Program-made: the position numbers and the translations under genes
The notes under the pieces: generated by a model
Told to the model about the DNA's origin: nothing
Database searches by the model: none
The model's input: only the letters and a program-made list of their open reading frames with translations
Part shown: positions 62,150-64,000 of the stretch, one piece after another
Layout: each line of letters opens with the position of its first letter
Numbering within the stretch: position 1 is the first letter of the stretch
DNA from: Vicugna vicugna
Taxonomy: Eukaryota
DNA: 64,000 bases
Assembly: GCA_013265495.1 (NCBI GenBank)
Contig: MU058451.1
Location: 1,588,167 to 1,652,166, forward strand
Direction: 5' to 3'

Positions 62150-62900
62150 CATTCATTAATTCAGTGAGCAAACAAAACTGAGCTGCACGTCTTGGTGGGG
62201 CATGATTTATGTTATATAGACACAATATTAAACAAGAAATAGTTGCTGCCCTCAAAAACTCACAGATCGGTCAGAGAATAAAACAAGCAGTTGTAATACC
62301 CTGTCGTAAGTGTTCCAGATAGTAGAAGGTACCTTGGCACATGTAGGAAGGCTGGCTCCCACTCTCCTATCCCAGACGGCAGACCACTTCTGGAGGAGAC
62401 AAACCATATGGATGACTTCATACATCGTCATAGACGCCCCTAGAAAATCTATTCAATCCATTCATCCTACTTACTATGGGCTTCTAGGCGTCACTGTATT
62501 TGAATTACAACACATTTTTTTCCAGACATCTAGTTTGCTGTAGGAACATCCAGTTTCCCTCACATTCTTTCACTTAAATTTTTTTCAAGGAGCAGGATGA
62601 GCATGTGATAAATGATACTTAATTCATTCAGCTAGCATTTACTGAGTACCAACTACATGTCAGGCACTCTCCTAAGAACTCAAGACACACTGGGAAACCT
62701 AGACAGAAGTCCCTATTCTTATGTAGTTATAGTGAACAACTAAACAGAAAATGTAACTTTTGATGTATCATGAAAAATGTATCATGAAAAAATTTAAGAC
62801 AGGGTAAAGGGCTGAAAAAGATGGGAAGATAAGCACTATTGACAAAGAAAGAGAATTAGTCCAGAGAAGACTAGTCTACAGAAGTGACATTTGATGTGAT
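62150..62900 (-). mobile_element. Two L2 3'-end fragments (~62150-62310 and ~62620-62900)
   Basis: CATTCATTAATTCAG...TGCCCTCAAAAACTCACAG; ATTCATTCAGCTAGCATTTACTGAGTACCAACTACATGTCAGGCACT. Confidence 0.7.
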
Positions 62901-63807
62901 GATAGTGATGATGATGGAGACAGTAATGACATGATGACAATGATGAGGAAGACAGTGGTAACAAAGGTGGCCAAAGGTTAAGCCAAAAGTTGCTGGACAG
63001 TACATGCAGCTCTGTAACATTTCCACTGCATAATGCGGACTCCCCAGAACAAGTCGTCTCTTCTATCTAATTTGTTAGATGCTTGAATGAAAGATTGTGT
63101 AAAAATGTGAGAATAGCACCGTTAGTCCTGTTCCTGGTTCTGTTACATTTTGTTCTTTCCCAAATTGCTTGCTTACTCTTTTAAAAAAAGATTACTTATA
63201 CTTTCTAGGATGGATCACAATGTATTTTAAGTAGGATCATAACCATCACTATTTCTTATCAAACAGAAAATTTCACAATTCTCAAGGAAAGTAAACAATA
63301 AATTCTCATTTTAATGAAGACTTTGACCTAAGGCAAATTAAACATGTCTAATCCTTTTCAGCAATCAAATAAGTTCCCAGCAAGAGACTAGCCAAAGACA
63401 TGCCAAGTAATGATTTTCCTTGACATGAATGTTATTATTTCTTCATCTGGGGAGCTAGTCCTGTTCCTACCCTCACCCCTACCCACCCCCCCAAAAAAGA
63501 CTTTTAATGATGTGAGTCCTTTTCAATATAATCCTGATACTTTCAGGCAAAGGGCAAAGCATATATCTGAAGTAAGCAATCCTCGTAATTCCTTCAAGAA
63601 TAATACAATTTTCACTTCTATTGTCAGTCATGTTATACACCAAGATTCAAGAAAAAAATACTATTGCAAACCTATTCAATTCTTCTTCCTAAATCCTTTT
63701 GACATCCAATAATTCCAACATCTTTCTTTATTTATACCCAAAATAGACTCAATGATAAGACTTTCCCCAACTAATAATCATTTTCGTAAGACTCAGAAAT
63801 TCATGTC

Positions 63808-63908
63808 TTTTAATTGAACTATAGTCATTTTACAATGATGTGTAAGATTCTGGTGTACAGCATAGTGATTGAGTTTTTATATATATATAGTTTTATTTAT
63901 ATATAGTT

Positions 63909-63940
<32 letters not shown>

Positions 63941-64000
63941 TTCATGTTCTTTTTCATTATAGGCTATTACAAGGTAGTGAATATAGTTCCCTGTGTCATG
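63808..64000 (-). mobile_element. L1 3' end with (TA)n expansion, running off the window
   Basis: TTTACAATGATGTGTAAGATTCTGGTGTACAGCATAGTGATT...GAATATAGTTCCCTGTG. Confidence 0.85.

Noticed and set aside
62332..62440. Minus-strand AG...GT bounded open segment (possible exon)
   Set aside because: The peptide resembles nothing I recognise, the segment sits between L2 fragments, and no partner exons were found.
50000..64000. Exons of a TRPA1 paralogue/pseudogene (human has TRPA2P further out on this side, from memory)
   Set aside because: I found no ankyrin, transmembrane or coiled-coil TRPA-like peptide by eye; an NAD tripeptide match near 56680 borders an L2 tail. TBLASTN of TRPA1 against the window would be decisive.

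Overview
Mammalian genomic DNA, most likely camelid (camel/alpaca/llama), judged from two Vic-1-like tRNA-derived SINEs and many Cetartiodactyla-type L1 3' ends. The only confidently coding sequence is TRPA1 exon 1 (minus strand, 780-670, 37 codons) in a CpG island. The other ~63 kb is upstream/intergenic DNA rich in decayed L1, L2, MIR, MaLR/ERVL LTRs and MER DNA transposons. Apart from L1 ORF2 remnants, the ORF-track entries look spurious. The most interesting signal is a candidate distal TATA promoter and first exon ~12 kb upstream (TATAAAAG at 12848-12841, ATG at 12760, consensus donor AAG|GTAAGT at 12739). Its phase matches a cryptic acceptor in the TRPA1 5'UTR (833), predicting a TRPA1 isoform with 25 extra N-terminal residues. 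Other signals are divergent CTCF-like sites with correctly spaced upstream modules (43.9 kb reverse; 56.4 and 57.4 kb forward), a 100-bp dispersed duplication and a perfect 15-bp inverted repeat. Repeat family names and boundaries were assigned by eye and are approximate. All regulatory claims are untested predictions.
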